Assembly: GCF_004010195.1 (NCBI RefSeq)
Contig: NC_057711.1
Span: 79,826,361 to 79,890,360 of the forward strand
Direction of reading: 5' to 3'
DNA length: 64,000 nt
Source: Chiloscyllium plagiosum
Lineage: Eukaryota
Made by a program: the position numbers and the translations under genes. Shown here one piece after another: positions 61,588 through 64,000 of this stretch. Each line of letters starts with the position of its first letter. Within the stretch, counting starts at the first letter, position 1. A model generated the notes under the pieces. It was not told where the DNA came from. It did no database searches and saw nothing but the letters and a program-made list of their open reading frames with translations.

Positions 61588-63894
61588 GACAAGAACTAGT
61601 GATTGATGAATTTCAAAGCTCACTGTGGTTCTGCAACATGGAAAAAATGGAAGTGTGGCTAACATCCAACAAAAGGGTATGTGACAAGTAACAAACAGAA
61701 ATGAATCCAAAACAGTTCCAATAATTTTGAATGTACTTCCAGCGATGAGGAAGAAACAAGCACTCAGAAAATTCACCAACAGCAAATACATGAAGAAGCA
61801 AGGTATGTACAATGCTATTAATGAGTCCTTCCTGGAAGAAAAAAAGTAGCCAAATTTGTAGGGAACCTCCATTGCCAAAATAGAGACTATGTCAGAGCTA
61901 CAGCCGCAGTACAGAAAACTAAACACTGACCACAGTAGTCAATTAGTATCCAAGCAGTCAGAAGGTACAGAAGGGCAGGAAGAACTCTTCATGGGAGATT
62001 TGGCAGGTTCTAAGATTGCAAGATTCCAACTCCACTGATTACAGAACTCAAAAGACGAATTCTGAGATGCAGAATTATGATAACGTTAAAATGGATGCAG
62101 GGCCTGACTTGCAGAGCGTTCCCAACATTTTCTCATTATACCCAGCTTGCCCCTGCAAATGCCTCATTGACTCTTCATTAACTCTTCTTATCCCACATAG
62201 AAATTTGAAACATATTTAAACACCTACATAACTATCTATTACAAATGACACCTTTTGTCTTTTTTTTAGAAAATTGATCAGAGAACACTATTTGTGCTAC
62301 TAAACTTCAATCTTCTTGGCTGATTTGTGTGTGTTGCTATTACAATGAAACATTTTCTATGCCAGATTGTTTGATAGAGTATGAGTAGACTTTGAAAAAA
62401 TCTGTTTTTTAACATAGAAGAACAGACAACATGATATCCAGTTATTAAATTGGAATTATTGCTCTCCCCATTATCTTCTCTCTACAACTCTGCTCAATCA
62501 CCATTTATCTAATTAGCTCTTTGCTTGTTACATTCTCATTTATGTAATTATGCATCCATTCGGCAAATGAGATCTTCTCTTTTAAGGGATCATGACAAGG
62601 CAGACAAAAAACACTTTGATGGGCATAGGACCTTTTATCCAGCTGAAAGCTTTTGCATAAAAAGAGGGGAGAACAATTACTTTACTGCAGAGAAATTAGC
62701 TCATTTGCAAATCCTGCTTCACGACAGAAGAAGAATAACACTCATTGAAGTGCTCATGAAGGCAGTGTGGTTAGAATAATTTTATGCTGAAGTGGTCTAC
62801 AATCACTCAGTGTTTTAAAAGCCATCAATGCAACTGGAAAGAATTATGCAAAAATGTACAAATTTATTGTGTAATGTCATAGTGGTATCAGTGTAAGTGG
62901 AATAAAATTACAATGGTTCACATCAGCACTCAGTCATAATGAGGAAGGATTTGAAACCTGTGCAAGCTAATCCTTTGTTATGGACTATAATGCCAAACAC
63001 CTGTTAAACACATGAGGTGTCAAGATGCATATTTCTCCAGAGCTAAATGTGTCCTTTAGGTATTCTTAAAACAATCTTTCAGTGGTTACTTAATAACCTG
63101 TAGTCCACGTAGTCTGTTAAGGTTGCACTGTGTGAAAAGACTGGGAATTATGGACCAGCGGGAGAAGCAATCAGCTTCAGAGATACGGATAATTAAGCAG
63201 CCAGTCATTACAAATGGCATTGGTCCTAATGGCAGCATTTTTCATGTAAGTTAATAAATGTGAGGTCTGGTGTGCCATTAAACACTCAAACATTACTAAA
63301 CGAGAAAGGTGTATTGTAGGAATGAATTATGCATTTTAAATCATTCTCTTGGCTGCAATGAAATATTTTTGAGCATACATAAGCAATTATATTTTTTGAT
63401 TAACTCTTTAAGAATTGATCTAAATAGTTGACCATATTAAAGCAGAAAATGTTGGAAATGAAAGCAGGTTAGACATCATCTGAAACAGAAAGATATGGTT
63501 TCTTAAGAAATGATTAGCATTTCAGATGGGGCTTCGAACTATCTCCTGCATTTTTGGAGTTTGTTTCAGATTTCCAACATTTTAACCAGAATTATTTAAG
63601 TTATTTGGAGAACATTCTGTCTTAGATAGTGCTTCCACCCTTCCACTGATTGCATTCTATTGTAGGATGTAATATAAGAAACTTCAATGCTGAGGAGTTC
63701 AAAGGTTCAACTTCTCTTATTGTGTTTCACAGGATACTCTAAGGTATCCTTACTGCAATATAAGTCTATCCAACACTCCTTGTTGACTTTCTTTGCCACA
63801 GTACCATGTCTGGTTGACATGGATTAAACATTGTGGTTATCTGCAGCATAATAAACACTTGGGTGAACTTCAGAATATATTTTCTCATTTTCAG

Positions 63895-63943
63895 ATACAA
63901 CTGTGAAATGATGAACAGTGTAAGAAAACTATTTAACGCTTTG
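63895..63943 (+). other. Candidate 49 nt exon of an unidentified host transcript
   Basis: Acceptor atattttctcattttcag; donor TTG/gtaagt; one open frame YNCEMMNSVRKLFNAL. Confidence 0.3.
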
Positions 63944-64000
63944 GTAAGTGGCAGCACAAATCATATCAAGCAATATTCAATCACTACAAGCATTGATTTA

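Noticed and set aside
62525..62779. 84 aa ORF
   Set aside because: No homology recognised and no convincing splice boundaries

Overview
Repeat-dense, non-coding eukaryotic DNA, most likely from a shark (elasmobranch), inferred from HE1-type V-SINEs with (TCTAA)n tails and CR1 LINEs with (TTCTATG)n tails. No intact protein-coding gene is visible; the window looks intronic or intergenic, with only a few weak candidate exons on +. The ORFs I can recognise are decayed retroelement fragments. Contents: about a dozen CR1 LINE copies (one near full length, with esterase ORF1), many tRNA-derived SINEs (HE1, DeuSINE and others), two Tigger-like MITEs and a solo LTR. There are two Ty3/Gypsy relics: one in canonical order and one two-LTR element with the unusual PR-INT-RT-RH (Gmr1-like) order. 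The most interesting layer is three distinct Penelope-like element families, each carrying a minimal type I hammerhead ribozyme motif. These occur as short, often TSD-flanked and inverted inserts, and in one family the 5' ends cluster at the ribozyme core. Boundaries of old repeats are approximate and family names come from recognition, not database searches.
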